Positions 18,770-29,351 of a DNA stretch of 62,817 bases are shown piece by piece. Numbering within the stretch: position 1 is the first letter of the stretch; every line of letters begins with the position of its first letter. Source of the DNA: an uncultured Legionellales bacterium. GTDB taxonomy: Bacteria; Pseudomonadota; Gammaproteobacteria; PIVX01. The stretch lies in contig CAYGTQ010000002.1 in assembly GCA_964352915.1 (NCBI GenBank), forward strand, positions 1 to 62,817, in the 5' to 3' direction. Below the pieces are notes generated by a model that made no database searches, was not told where the DNA came from, and saw only the letters and a program-made list of their open reading frames with translations. The translations under genes and the position numbers were made by a program.

Positions 18770-18860
18770 TGGCGGAGAGAGAGGGATTCGAACCCTCGAT
18801 GGGGGATTACCCCATACTCCCTTAGCAGGGGAGCGCCTTCAGCCGCTCGGCCATCTCTCC
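18770..18860 (-). tRNA. tRNA-Ser (anticodon GCT)
   Basis: 91-nt class II tRNA: acceptor GGAGAGA/TCTCTCC, anticodon loop CTGCTAA, long variable arm TATGGGGTAATCCCCCATC, T-loop GAGGGTTCGAATCCCTC, and an encoded CCA. Confidence 0.92.
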
Positions 18861-18871
18861 GAGAATGCCGT

Positions 18872-18900
18872 ACTATAGCACTACTCTGCCGTTATGTGAA
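18872..18900 (-). promoter_or_regulatory. Candidate promoter of the tRNA-Ser/tRNA-Arg pair
   Basis: Minus strand reads TTCACA (18895-18900), 17-nt spacer, TATAGT (18872-18877), ending 11 nt upstream of the tRNA-Ser 5' end. Confidence 0.3.
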
Positions 18901-19037
18901 TCAAGCCAAGCATTTGATAATTTTACTTACAGAAAGTCCTGTTTAAACTATAGAGAAGGAGCCCTTTCTTTATGCTGAGCGACCAATAATGTTCTTTATT
19001 TTGCCAATAGCCAGGCAAAAAATTAACCATATTGGGT

Positions 19038-19066
19038 TTGGGTTAAGGTAAAAAGTGAGTTACAAT
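19038..19066 (+). promoter_or_regulatory. Candidate sigma-70 promoter of accA
   Basis: TTGGGT (19038-19043), 17-nt spacer, TACAAT (19061-19066), about 38 nt upstream of the accA ATG. Confidence 0.3.
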
Positions 19067-19103
19067 GCACTAAGTTTTGAGCCTTTGGATACTGTTGTCA
19101 CTT

Positions 19104-20054
19104 ATGAATTATCAATTTTTAGATTTTGAGCAGCCTATTGCAGAGCTTAGAGCAAAGATAGAAGAGCTGCGTTTGGTGGCCGATGATGGTGAAGTCAATT
19201 TAACCGATGAAATTATCAGATTAGAGAAAAAGTGTTCGGACTTGACCTCGCGGATCTTCTCAAAATTGTCATCTTGGCAAGTAACGCAATTGGCACGCCA
19301 TCCGATGCGCCCACATGTTCAGGACTATGTTGATCATTTGCTGACTGAATTTGATGAATTACATGGCGATCGTCACTACAGCGCTGCTCCTGAAATTTTG
19401 GGTGGCATAGGCCTTCTGGATAAAAGCCCAGTGATGGTTTTAGGACACCAGAAAGGAAGAACAACCCAAGAGAAAATACAAAGAAATTTTGGTATGTCGC
19501 GACCTGAAGGTTATCGCAAGGCATTGCGGTTAATGAAAATGGCTGAAAAATTTTCTATGCCGGTTATCACTTTCATCGATAGCGCGGGTGCCTATCCAGG
19601 CATAGGTGCAGAAGAGCGCAATCAAAGCGAAGCTATTGCTCGCAATTTATTGGAGATGGCTTCTTTGAAAACTCCCATTGTTTGCTTAATCTCTGGTGAA
19701 GGAGGTTCTGGTGGTGCCTTGGCGATTGGTATGGGTGATCGTGTATTGATGCTTGAATACAGCATTTACTCAGTCATTTCACCTGAAGGCTGCGCTTCTA
19801 TCCTATGGAAGGACGCTGGTAAGGCGTCAGACGCAGCTGAAGCTTTGGGTATTACAGCACAAAAGCTAAAAGGATTTGGTTTAATTGATGATGTTATTGA
19901 GGAACCTTCAGGCGGTGCACACCGTGATGTAGCTGTCCATATGACTCGTGTGAAAGATGCTTTGGTGCGTACTTTAAATGAATTGAAACAATATTCTTTG
20001 GATGAATTGGTTCAATTGCGCCAACAAAAATTTATGGACTATGGTAGATCATAG
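19104..20054 (+). CDS. accA: Acetyl-CoA carboxylase carboxyltransferase subunit alpha
   Basis: [22 protein letters not shown] matches the AccA N-terminus; [26 protein letters not shown] is the core motif. The track ORF starts upstream at 19077. Confidence 0.95.
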   Translation: MNYQFLDFEQPIAELRAKIEELRLVADDGEVNLTDEIIRLEKKCSDLTSRIFSKLSSWQVTQLARHPMRPHVQDYVDHLLTEFDELHGDRHYSAAPEILGGIGLLDKSPVMVLGHQKGRTTQEKIQRNFGMSRPEGYRKALRLMKMAEKFSMPVITFIDSAGAYPGIGAEERNQSEAIARNLLEMASLKTPIVCLISGEGGSGGALAIGMGDRVLMLEYSIYSVISPEGCASILWKDAGKASDAAEALGITAQKLKGFGLIDDVIEEPSGGAHRDVAVHMTRVKDALVRTLNELKQYSLDELVQLRQQKFMDYGRS

Positions 20055-20062
20055 TCAAAGCC

Positions 20063-21382
20063 ATGCTGGAGCTTAACGGCTTACAAGCGTGCATTCACCT
20101 GCCCACACCTCCCCGCATCTGGGTGGCTTACAGCGGTGGTTTGGATTCCACAGTTTTGCTACATGCCATGGTTGCATTGACGCTTGAACATACAGAGCTT
20201 AGGGCTGTTCATGTCAATCATGGTCTACAGAAAAACTCTGAACATTGGCAGAGGCATTGTGAACAGCTATGTTCACAATGGCAGCTCCCTTTATTGAGTC
20301 AACGCATCGATTTATCCGCAACGCGCAGCAACGTAGAGGCTATGGCTCGACAAGCTCGTTATCAAGTTTTTGAGCGGATTTTAGGAGCTGATGAGTGGTT
20401 GCTGACGGGACATCACCAAGACGATCAAGCGGAAACAGTGTTGTTACAATTAATGCGAGGAACGGGGCCCTTAGGCTTGGCTGCCATGCCTTATGAGCGT
20501 CCTTTGGGGACAGGTGTTTTGTTACGCCCTTTGTTAAACACATCAAGAGAAGATTTGGTGGCGTATGCTAAAAAGCATGAGTTAAATTGGATAGACGATC
20601 CTTCCAATCAAAATTCTCAAATTAGGCGTAACTTTGTTAGGCACCAAGTGATGCCTATGCTGCAGTCAAAATGGCCACAAGTTACCAAATCCTTGGTGCA
20701 GACAGCGTTAAATTGTGCTGATTACCATTATGCTTTGGTTGATTGGGCATGGCAAGACTATCACAGGATTCATGATGATGTTAAACAAGCTTTATGTATA
20801 GAAAAATTGTTGGCACTATCTTCTGCCAAACGCAATCATATATTGCGTTTATACTTTCAACAATGTCAAACCATGCTACCAAGCAGAAAACTTTTACAGC
20901 AAATTAGCCAGCAAATATTTCAAGCCCCCAGAGATAAACAGCCGGCAATCATGTGGGGAGATCGAATTTTACGACGTTTTCAAGGTTGCTTATATTTAAC
21001 TAAGTACCATTTGGTCAAAGTAAAAACAAGCCCTCAAATTTACTCACTTCAAGAGCAGGAAATTATTTTGGAAGGTATAGGTACTTTACAGGTGCGACAA
21101 AGCAAAAGTGGTGTTTTATTGACCGAGCCAGGATTTCAGGTGTGTTTTCGCCAAGGTGGGGAGCGGCTCCGCCCAACCGCTGCGGGACGCAACAGAACCC
21201 TTAAAAATCTTATGCAGGAGTGGGGGGTCCCCCCATGGCAAAGACCGCACATACCATTGATTTATAGTAATGATAATTTAGTTTCAGTGGTTAATTATTG
21301 CAATAACGCCGATACCATGGCCGCTCCTAGTGAGCAGGCTTGGCAATTTAAGCTTATCAAGCCGAAAGGTTTTGATTTGTAG
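20063..21382 (+). CDS. tilS: tRNA(Ile)-lysidine synthase
   Basis: 439 aa. PP-loop VAYSGGLDS and HHQDDQAETVLLQLMRG. Conserved position after accA. Confidence 0.9.
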   Translation: MLELNGLQACIHLPTPPRIWVAYSGGLDSTVLLHAMVALTLEHTELRAVHVNHGLQKNSEHWQRHCEQLCSQWQLPLLSQRIDLSATRSNVEAMARQARYQVFERILGADEWLLTGHHQDDQAETVLLQLMRGTGPLGLAAMPYERPLGTGVLLRPLLNTSREDLVAYAKKHELNWIDDPSNQNSQIRRNFVRHQVMPMLQSKWPQVTKSLVQTALNCADYHYALVDWAWQDYHRIHDDVKQALCIEKLLALSSAKRNHILRLYFQQCQTMLPSRKLLQQISQQIFQAPRDKQPAIMWGDRILRRFQGCLYLTKYHLVKVKTSPQIYSLQEQEIILEGIGTLQVRQSKSGVLLTEPGFQVCFRQGGERLRPTAAGRNRTLKNLMQEWGVPPWQRPHIPLIYSNDNLVSVVNYCNNADTMAAPSEQAWQFKLIKPKGFDL

Positions 21383-21397
21383 GGGCATAGGGTATGA

Positions 21398-23062
<1,665 letters not shown>

Positions 23063-23074
23063 AAGGTAACGATT

Positions 23075-23887
23075 ATGCAGCTATGTGGATTTGATGTAAG
23101 CAATGACAGGCCTTTTTTCTTAATGGCTGGTCCCTGTGTTATTGAAAGCGAAGCTTTAGCTTTAGAAACAGCTCATTTTTTAAAAGAACTGACAGATAGA
23201 TTAAACATACCTTTTATCTATAAATCTTCTTTTGATAAAGCCAATAGAACATCTGTGGATGGTTATCGTGGACTGGGTATATCGCAAGGGCTTGCTATTT
23301 TAGACAAAGTAAAAAAAGAAGTTGGTGTGGCGATTGTAACTGATGTGCATGAGGACACAGCACTTGATGAGGTGGCCAGTGTTGCCGATGTGATACAGAC
23401 ACCGGCATTTTTATGCAGACAGACCAATTTCATTCAGCGCGTGGCTCAATTGAATATGCCTGTTAACATTAAAAAAGGGCAGTTTCTTTCACCATGGGAA
23501 ATGAAGCATGTGGTTGAAAAAGCACGTGCTGTAGGCAATCAACAGATTATGGTTTGTGAGCGCGGCGTCAGCTTCGGTTATAACAATCTGGTGTCAGATA
23601 TGCGCTCTTTGGTTGTGATGCGTGAAACCAGGTGCCCGGTGGTTTTTGATGCGACTCATTCGGTACAACTTCCAGGAGGTGCTCAGGGTAAGACAGGCGG
23701 TCAGAGAGAATTTGTACCTTGTTTGGCACGTGCAGCAGTGGCTGTTGGTGTTGCTGGTTTATTTATGGAAACACACCCGGAGCCTGATAAAGCGTTGAGT
23801 GATGGTCCTAATGCGTGGCCTATGCATCAAATGGAATCCTTGCTTGAACAGCTGATTGCTATTGATGGTGCCATCAAAGGTTTCTGA
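23075..23887 (+). CDS. kdsA: 3-deoxy-8-phosphooctulonate synthase
   Basis: 270 aa. AGPCVIES ... [12 protein letters not shown] ... [11 protein letters not shown] ... NIKKGQF are KdsA motifs. Confidence 0.95.
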   Translation: MQLCGFDVSNDRPFFLMAGPCVIESEALALETAHFLKELTDRLNIPFIYKSSFDKANRTSVDGYRGLGISQGLAILDKVKKEVGVAIVTDVHEDTALDEVASVADVIQTPAFLCRQTNFIQRVAQLNMPVNIKKGQFLSPWEMKHVVEKARAVGNQQIMVCERGVSFGYNNLVSDMRSLVVMRETRCPVVFDATHSVQLPGGAQGKTGGQREFVPCLARAAVAVGVAGLFMETHPEPDKALSDGPNAWPMHQMESLLEQLIAIDGAIKGF

Positions 23888-23922
23888 ACGTTTAGCATTT
23901 TTTTCTCATAGAGGATTTTAAT

Positions 23923-25206
23923 ATGAATATTGCAGATATTATCGCGCGTGAAGTGCTTGATTCACGTGGTCAGCCTACCGTAGAGGCTGAAGTTAGGCTT
24001 GATAATGGTATGCATGCTGTTGCGATGGTGCCTTCAGGCGCTTCTACAGGTAGGCGTGAGGCTGTAGAGTTGCGCGATCACGATATGAGCCGGTATCGGG
24101 GCAAAGGCGTGCAGAAAGCGGTGAGCCATATTCAACGCATCATAGCACCACGATTGGTAGGATATGATGTTACGAGGCAAGCAGTTATTGATGATATGTT
24201 GTGTGATCTTGACGGAACAAATAACAAAGCCCATTTAGGAGCTAATGCGGTATTAGCTGTATCTTTAGCAGTGGCTAAAGCATCTGCGATGTTTCAGCAA
24301 ATTCCTTTGCATACAAGTTTTGGTTGGCGTGAGCCTTACCGTATGCCATTGCCTTTGGTGAATGTAATCAACGGTGGGGCGCATGCTGACAATGGGTTAA
24401 GTGTTCAGGAGTTTATGATTGTGCCTTTGGTGTTGGATTTTTTTTCTGAGAAACTCCGTGTGGTTTCGGAAATATTTATGTCGCTTAAAGCCCTTTTGAA
24501 AAAAAACGGTATGATTACGGCTGTAGGTGATGAGGGGGGATTTGCTCCTCAACTGCCTTCAACTTGTGCGGCGCTGGACTGTTTATTAGAAGCCATTGAT
24601 ATGGCTGGGTATAAACCGGGCGTAGATGTAGCTTTGGCTCTGGATGTAGCCAGTACTGAAATTTACCGAAACCAAGCTTATCATTTTGCAGAGTGCGATA
24701 AACCTTTGGACTCTCTTCAACTTGTGGATTTTTTAGAAGAGTTGCTGAGACAATATCCTATCGTTAGTATAGAAGATGGTTGCGCTGAAGATGACTGGGA
24801 TGGTTGGCAGCTGTTAACAGAGCGCTTAAATGGTCGGTGCCAGTTGATAGGTGACGATCTCTTTGTTACGCAAAGTCAATACTTGGAAAAAGGCTTTGAA
24901 CTAAAAGCGGCTAATGCTATTTTAATTAAGCCTAATCAGGTGGGCACATTGACAGAAACACTTGATGCCATCAAGCTCGCACAAGAAAAAGGTTACGGTG
25001 TGGTGCTTTCTCATCGCTCGGGAGAAACTGAGGATTCAATGTTAGCTGATTTAGCCGTAGGCACATCTGCAGGCCAGATTAAAACAGGCTCAGTATGTCG
25101 CTCAGAGCGCATAGCTAAGTACAATCAACTGCTACGAATAGAGCATGGCAGTGAGCAAAAAATCATATGTGACAATACGTTGTTAAGCTGTTATTTGCAC
25201 GGGTAA
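23923..25206 (+). CDS. eno: Enolase
   Basis: 427 aa. AREVLDSRGQPTVEAEV, VGDEGGFAP, IKPNQVGTLTET and SHRSGETED. Confidence 0.97.
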   Translation: MNIADIIAREVLDSRGQPTVEAEVRLDNGMHAVAMVPSGASTGRREAVELRDHDMSRYRGKGVQKAVSHIQRIIAPRLVGYDVTRQAVIDDMLCDLDGTNNKAHLGANAVLAVSLAVAKASAMFQQIPLHTSFGWREPYRMPLPLVNVINGGAHADNGLSVQEFMIVPLVLDFFSEKLRVVSEIFMSLKALLKKNGMITAVGDEGGFAPQLPSTCAALDCLLEAIDMAGYKPGVDVALALDVASTEIYRNQAYHFAECDKPLDSLQLVDFLEELLRQYPIVSIEDGCAEDDWDGWQLLTERLNGRCQLIGDDLFVTQSQYLEKGFELKAANAILIKPNQVGTLTETLDAIKLAQEKGYGVVLSHRSGETEDSMLADLAVGTSAGQIKTGSVCRSERIAKYNQLLRIEHGSEQKIICDNTLLSCYLHG

Positions 25207-25213
25207 TTTTACA

Positions 25214-25501
25214 ATGAAATGGATTTTTTTATTACTGACAGCATTGCTTCTATCACTTCAATATCAATTATGGTTTTCTCATGGAATTTTTCATGTTTTT
25301 AATCTATCAAAAGAAGTGAGCAAGCTGGAAAACATTAATGCTGTTTCAAAAAAGGAGAATCAAAGAATTGAAAAAGAAATCCTTAATTTAAAAGCAGAAC
25401 TCCCTATGGTAGAGAAGCGTGCTCGCTATGAGCTTGGCATGGTTAAGCCTGATGAAACATTTTACCAATTTGTCAATAATACCCCTAAGCATGTTCAATA
25501 A
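25214..25501 (+). CDS. ftsB: Cell division protein FtsB
   Basis: 95 aa. N-terminal TM helix, a coiled coil, and the C-terminal ARYELGMVKPDETFYQF motif. Conserved position after eno. Confidence 0.85.
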   Translation: MKWIFLLLTALLLSLQYQLWFSHGIFHVFNLSKEVSKLENINAVSKKENQRIEKEILNLKAELPMVEKRARYELGMVKPDETFYQFVNNTPKHVQ

Positions 25502-25629
25502 TAATAAGCACGAGCTACAGTGGTTCGTCATAAAATATGTGCGCACATGCTTTTAGCTTGACTGTAGAACGCTATTTTTGTACGCTGCATATGCTTATAG
25601 AGATATAAAATTAATGATGGGGTGATAAA

Positions 25630-26556
25630 ATGTTAGATTTTTCTTTGTTCTCTGCTTTTGCTCTATTTGCAGGAGTTTTTTTATTGCCATTTGTTTTTTT
25701 TACAGTTGAGCAGCAAACAGTAGCTATCGTAGAAAGGTTTGGACGATTTACATGCATTGCGGGGCCTGGTCTTAATGTTAAAATACCTTTTATTGACAGG
25801 ATTGTTGCCCGATTGAACTTGCGAGTGCAGCAACTGGATGTTTATGTTGAAACTAAGACAGAAGATAATGTCTTTGTAAAGCTTGCGGTGTCAGTACAAT
25901 ACCGTGTTCTAGAAAAAAGTGTCTATCAAGCTTTTTATAAACTTGAAAACCCTGAACAACAAGTCACCGCCTTTGTATTCGATGTGGTGCGAGCTCGTGT
26001 GCCACAAATGAAGCTTGATGATGTGTTTGAAAGAAAAGATGATATTGCCAATTCGGTCAGAGAAGAGTTATCAGACATTATGAAGGAATTTGGTTATGAT
26101 ATTGTTAAAACTTTGGTGACTGATATCGATCCTAACGTAAAAGTCAAAGAAGCTATGAATGAAATTAATGCTGCCTTACGTCAGAGAATGGCAGCCTCAG
26201 AGCGAGCTGAGGCTGAAAAGATTATGCGAGTCAAGCAGGCAGAGGCAGAAGCTGAAAGCAACCGTTTACATGGAGAAGGTCTGGCTAATCAAAGAAAAGC
26301 AATCATTGAAGGCTTGAAAGAATCTGTAGCTGACTTTCAAGAAGCCATTGATGGCACGACAGCTGAGAATGTGTTAAATATAGTTTTATTGACCCAATAT
26401 TTTGATACCATCAAAGATCTAGGTGCCCAAGGAAGCCATACTATTTTAATGCCTCACTCTCCGGGAGCTGTGAGCGATTTTGCAGCCCAAATAAGAGATT
26501 CTATGGTTGTTTCTAATGAGGTTTCAAAAGCAAGTTCTGTCTCAACAAAGAGCTAA
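25630..26556 (+). CDS. SPFH/Band 7 domain protein (stomatin/HIR-like subfamily)
   Basis: 308 aa. N-terminal TM anchor, then VAIVERFGRF...PGLN...LRVQQLDVYVETKTEDNVFV...NEINAA...AEAEKI...TQYFDT. Confidence 0.9.
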   Translation: MLDFSLFSAFALFAGVFLLPFVFFTVEQQTVAIVERFGRFTCIAGPGLNVKIPFIDRIVARLNLRVQQLDVYVETKTEDNVFVKLAVSVQYRVLEKSVYQAFYKLENPEQQVTAFVFDVVRARVPQMKLDDVFERKDDIANSVREELSDIMKEFGYDIVKTLVTDIDPNVKVKEAMNEINAALRQRMAASERAEAEKIMRVKQAEAEAESNRLHGEGLANQRKAIIEGLKESVADFQEAIDGTTAENVLNIVLLTQYFDTIKDLGAQGSHTILMPHSPGAVSDFAAQIRDSMVVSNEVSKASSVSTKS

Positions 26557-26597
26557 GCACCTTACAAATGCTTAGATTTTAGACGGTTGTGTCGACT

Positions 26598-27491
26598 TCA
26601 TACGGTGATTAGAGAGGGTTGAATAGTTTTTGGGGGGGTATCTTCCCATAGGCTTAGTAGGTAGCCACCATTGCCAGATCCCGTGGGTTTGACCGCCAAA
26701 GCCCCTTGCTTCAACAGAGCATTAATGTGTTGGCTGACGGCCCCTTCGGTTAATCCCCATTGTGAAAAGCATAAATTAGCAGCATTGATGGCTTGTGCCA
26801 GTAAGGCTACGCCTTCTTTTTCTGTTAACTGTAGTGCTTTCTCTGCTAACTTCACACTTTCTTCCATCTGATTGTCAATTCTTTTGGCTGTATCAGGTAA
26901 TTTTTGCCATAATTCATTAACTTTATAGATACATTGCTCAGTGACACCTATTTGTTCTGAATAAGATAAAAACCATTGTGGTTGCCAGTTTTGCCTGATG
27001 GGTGTGGGTGTGTGTTGTTGCTGGTAACGGATCCCACTGTTTGCCAGCGCGCCAACAATATCGAGACCACTACTTTTTCCATGAAATAAATCTTCTAACT
27101 CTCTGGCAAATGTAAAAATTTGGTCATTCGAAATCCAGCCTCTGTCAGAAAAGAGTTGACTAGCTGCTGAGCAAATAGCTGCAGATGCACCAAGGCCTGC
27201 GCCAATGGGGATCTGGTTATCAATTGTGATATGCCCTTGCAATAAATCGGCTGGCTTGCTGAGCTTGGCGAGAGCTTTCTCTATTACGCCCCAAAAGAGC
27301 ATTTGTAGTTTTTCTTGATGCTTTCCCTTTGAACCTATCGTTAAAGACTTGTTTTCTTTGCGGTAGTTGAGTGTCAAAGGGTACTTCTTCAATGGATAAA
27401 CGATAGCAGGTTTGCCTCGAAGGACAGCATGTTCTCCAGCCAGGATCCATTTTGCATAAACAGTTGTTTGGAATGTATCAGATGACATCAT
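26598..27491 (-). CDS. mvk: Mevalonate kinase (GHMP kinase family)
   Basis: 297 aa. KWILAGEHAVLRGKPAI N-terminal motif and the GHMP ATP motif PIGAGLGASAA. Last gene of the mevalonate operon; overlaps mvaD by 14 nt. Confidence 0.82.
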   Translation of the reverse strand: MMSSDTFQTTVYAKWILAGEHAVLRGKPAIVYPLKKYPLTLNYRKENKSLTIGSKGKHQEKLQMLFWGVIEKALAKLSKPADLLQGHITIDNQIPIGAGLGASAAICSAASQLFSDRGWISNDQIFTFARELEDLFHGKSSGLDIVGALANSGIRYQQQHTPTPIRQNWQPQWFLSYSEQIGVTEQCIYKVNELWQKLPDTAKRIDNQMEESVKLAEKALQLTEKEGVALLAQAINAANLCFSQWGLTEGAVSQHINALLKQGALAVKPTGSGNGGYLLSLWEDTPPKTIQPSLITV

Positions 27492-28434
27492 ATCCTCTTG
27501 AGTTTAGCTCTTTCTGTAACTTGTGTTTTATACTATTTTGATCGCTGCGGAAAATCAAATGTACGTTGGGACCAGCATCCATAGTGATCAATGGCCCATC
27601 CTTGCTTTCTGTCCAGTAAGTTTCAATTAGATCAATAATTTCTACTGATTGCTCGTTGATGTATTGAAATGGTTTTTTCGATGTATGAAATAATTGATGC
27701 ATATCTAGAAATTCTTCTTTAACAATTTGGTATGCTTCTTGCCAATTTTGATCGTTAAGAACATGTAGTAGTTGTGCTAATCTTTGTTCTGCCCGCTTAG
27801 GCCTTTCTTTAAAATGTGGGCTTGTTTTTACCATTTGTTGTGCTTGAGTTGAGCTGATTTTTTTTTCTGAAGTATCAATCAATACCGATAAATGGCTTAA
27901 GTCAGTGATTGGAAAATGAACTTCTTGGATGTTCTCAGGTGTCCACAACGTCCAAGGGTACATAAAAGAGCGACAAGAAGAACCTGAGCCACGTTGGCTT
28001 AATTGGGCTTTCTGGTAAATGTTCAGTGGTTCTTTGTCTGTGAGGTCACTGATAGCAAGGCAAGCACATTGGGTCAGAGCTGCAAAACTTGATGCGGAGC
28101 TTGCAAGACCTGCGGCAGATGGAAAATTGTTGCCTGATCTCACAATGAAATTGCCATTGAAGCTTAAGTGTTCTTTGATTAGTTGAAGATGCTCTATAAA
28201 GCGCTGTTGCTGGGGCTCAGAGAGCTTAAGAGGTGCATAATCTAAGTAGGTGAGGGGTTGCCAGAGATCATAGGGCTCTTCATTGACTTCAAGCTCTACA
28301 AAGCTTCTTAGGTGTGGCAAGGTTAATGAAAGCGAAGCATTGGTCGGGATATTCAACGCAGCATCCTTTTTGCCCATATATTTGATCAAGGCAATGTTAG
28401 AGGGTGCATCAGCTTGCCATTTCGTACTCATCAA
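27478..28434 (-). CDS. mvaD: Diphosphomevalonate decarboxylase
   Basis: 318 aa. APSNIALIKYMGKKD, NNFPSAAGLASSASSFAAL and SQRGSGSSCRS are decarboxylase signatures. Confidence 0.9.
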   Translation of the reverse strand: MMSTKWQADAPSNIALIKYMGKKDAALNIPTNASLSLTLPHLRSFVELEVNEEPYDLWQPLTYLDYAPLKLSEPQQQRFIEHLQLIKEHLSFNGNFIVRSGNNFPSAAGLASSASSFAALTQCACLAISDLTDKEPLNIYQKAQLSQRGSGSSCRSFMYPWTLWTPENIQEVHFPITDLSHLSVLIDTSEKKISSTQAQQMVKTSPHFKERPKRAEQRLAQLLHVLNDQNWQEAYQIVKEEFLDMHQLFHTSKKPFQYINEQSVEIIDLIETYWTESKDGPLITMDAGPNVHLIFRSDQNSIKHKLQKELNSRGYDVI

Positions 28435-28443
28435 CGATCCTTA

Positions 28444-29346
28444 CTACAAAGAGTGATGATGATAATGAGCGCCACGGGCCAGGTCAACTTCTGTAGCAAT
28501 GATACGAAGAGAAAGCTTTTCAAGTGAATTTCTTACAGCAGCTTTTTTATCAGCTTGCACCAAAATGCACACAAGATCGGCTCCCAAAGCCCCGCAACCT
28601 TTACTGGCCACAATTCCTGGGTATGATTTAAGGCAATTGATCAGTTTTTTGCTATGCTCGGCAAGTAACTTGGCATTTTCAAGCGTTGCTCTGTATTGAT
28701 TCACGCATTCAACCAATGCTTTGCTGTCTTGTGCCGCAAAAGCTTTTTGTGCTGTGTGCACAATAGAAGACAGTTCTTCAGAAGGGATGTGTTGTAATTC
28801 AGCCAAGTGATCATGGGTATTTATTTTTTTTCCGGTATGGATCAGCATGAAGGCCAAATCTTTAAACGGCCAGCCGTGAGTTTTATAAGTTACTTGATGG
28901 CTGGATTGTTCAATGACTGTGATGCTGCCAGCAAATTGGGCGATGAGATCGATTCCGCTGGGTGGTTTACCTTGCTCAGTTTGAGTTAATTCACGAAATT
29001 TTTGTAGCATTTTCCACAGCTCATAGGTATTACTCAAAGCATTTAAATCATGTTTTCGGATATAATGACTTAGAAATTCTGCACTGGAAGCACCTAATCC
29101 GCCTAGATGATAGGGGTCATAAAAAAGGCATGATGACTCTTTGTCTGCTTTCAATGATTGTTGCAGCAGGCCAGCCGGGCTTTTGGGATGTACGTGGTAA
29201 GGTTCTATTTGACTGTGGCTTAAAGCTGTATCAGATAGTAAGAAATAAGGCTGATGTGCGATGGTGATCGCGGGGCCGCCTTCCAACACGGCATATTCGC
29301 CCAGAAAGAAAGTCTTTCCAGGAATTTTAATGGTTTTAGAAATCAT
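28444..29346 (-). CDS. Phosphomevalonate kinase (GHMP family)
   Basis: IPGKTFFLGEYAVLEGGPAI and GGLGASSAEF motifs. The track ORF extends to 29394 and would overlap the reductase. The ATG at 29346 (MISKTIK...) gives a 5-nt gap instead. Confidence 0.78.
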   Translation of the reverse strand: MISKTIKIPGKTFFLGEYAVLEGGPAITIAHQPYFLLSDTALSHSQIEPYHVHPKSPAGLLQQSLKADKESSCLFYDPYHLGGLGASSAEFLSHYIRKHDLNALSNTYELWKMLQKFRELTQTEQGKPPSGIDLIAQFAGSITVIEQSSHQVTYKTHGWPFKDLAFMLIHTGKKINTHDHLAELQHIPSEELSSIVHTAQKAFAAQDSKALVECVNQYRATLENAKLLAEHSKKLINCLKSYPGIVASKGCGALGADLVCILVQADKKAAVRNSLEKLSLRIIATEVDLARGAHYHHHSL

Positions 29347-29351
29347 GGTGT

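Noticed and set aside
18467-18878. Track ORFs 18467-18763 (-) and 18678-18878 (+) with translations such as ARPEGFEPPTPWFVARYSIQLSHGR.
   Set aside because: They run through the tRNA-Arg and tRNA-Ser genes. The peptide is the classic artefact of translating a tRNA T-arm and acceptor region. Only the distal 33 codons of the minus-strand ORF are discussed, as a low-confidence small ORF.
19031-19055. GGGTTTGGGTTAAGGTAAAA upstream of accA resembles the IS terminal repeat GGGGTTTGGTTAAAGGTTAAA, which raised the idea of a solo IS end at a rearrangement breakpoint.
   Set aside because: The similarity needs an indel and covers only about 15 nt of low-complexity G/T/A sequence. No partner repeat or transposase remnant lies nearby. 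The sequence also overlaps the best accA promoter candidate.
25537-25548. Perfect 12-nt palindrome ATGTGCGCACAT followed by GCTTTT after ftsB, considered as a terminator.
   Set aside because: As a hairpin it leaves only a 4-bp stem around a 4-nt loop, too weak to call. It could equally be a protein-binding palindrome. There is no further support.
26632-26638. G7 homopolymer (C7 on the coding strand) near the 3' end of mevalonate kinase, considered as a phase-variation tract.
   Set aside because: The tract is short. Slippage would change only the last dozen or so residues, and it encodes an ordinary Pro-Pro-Lys segment. Nothing indicates contingency-locus behaviour.
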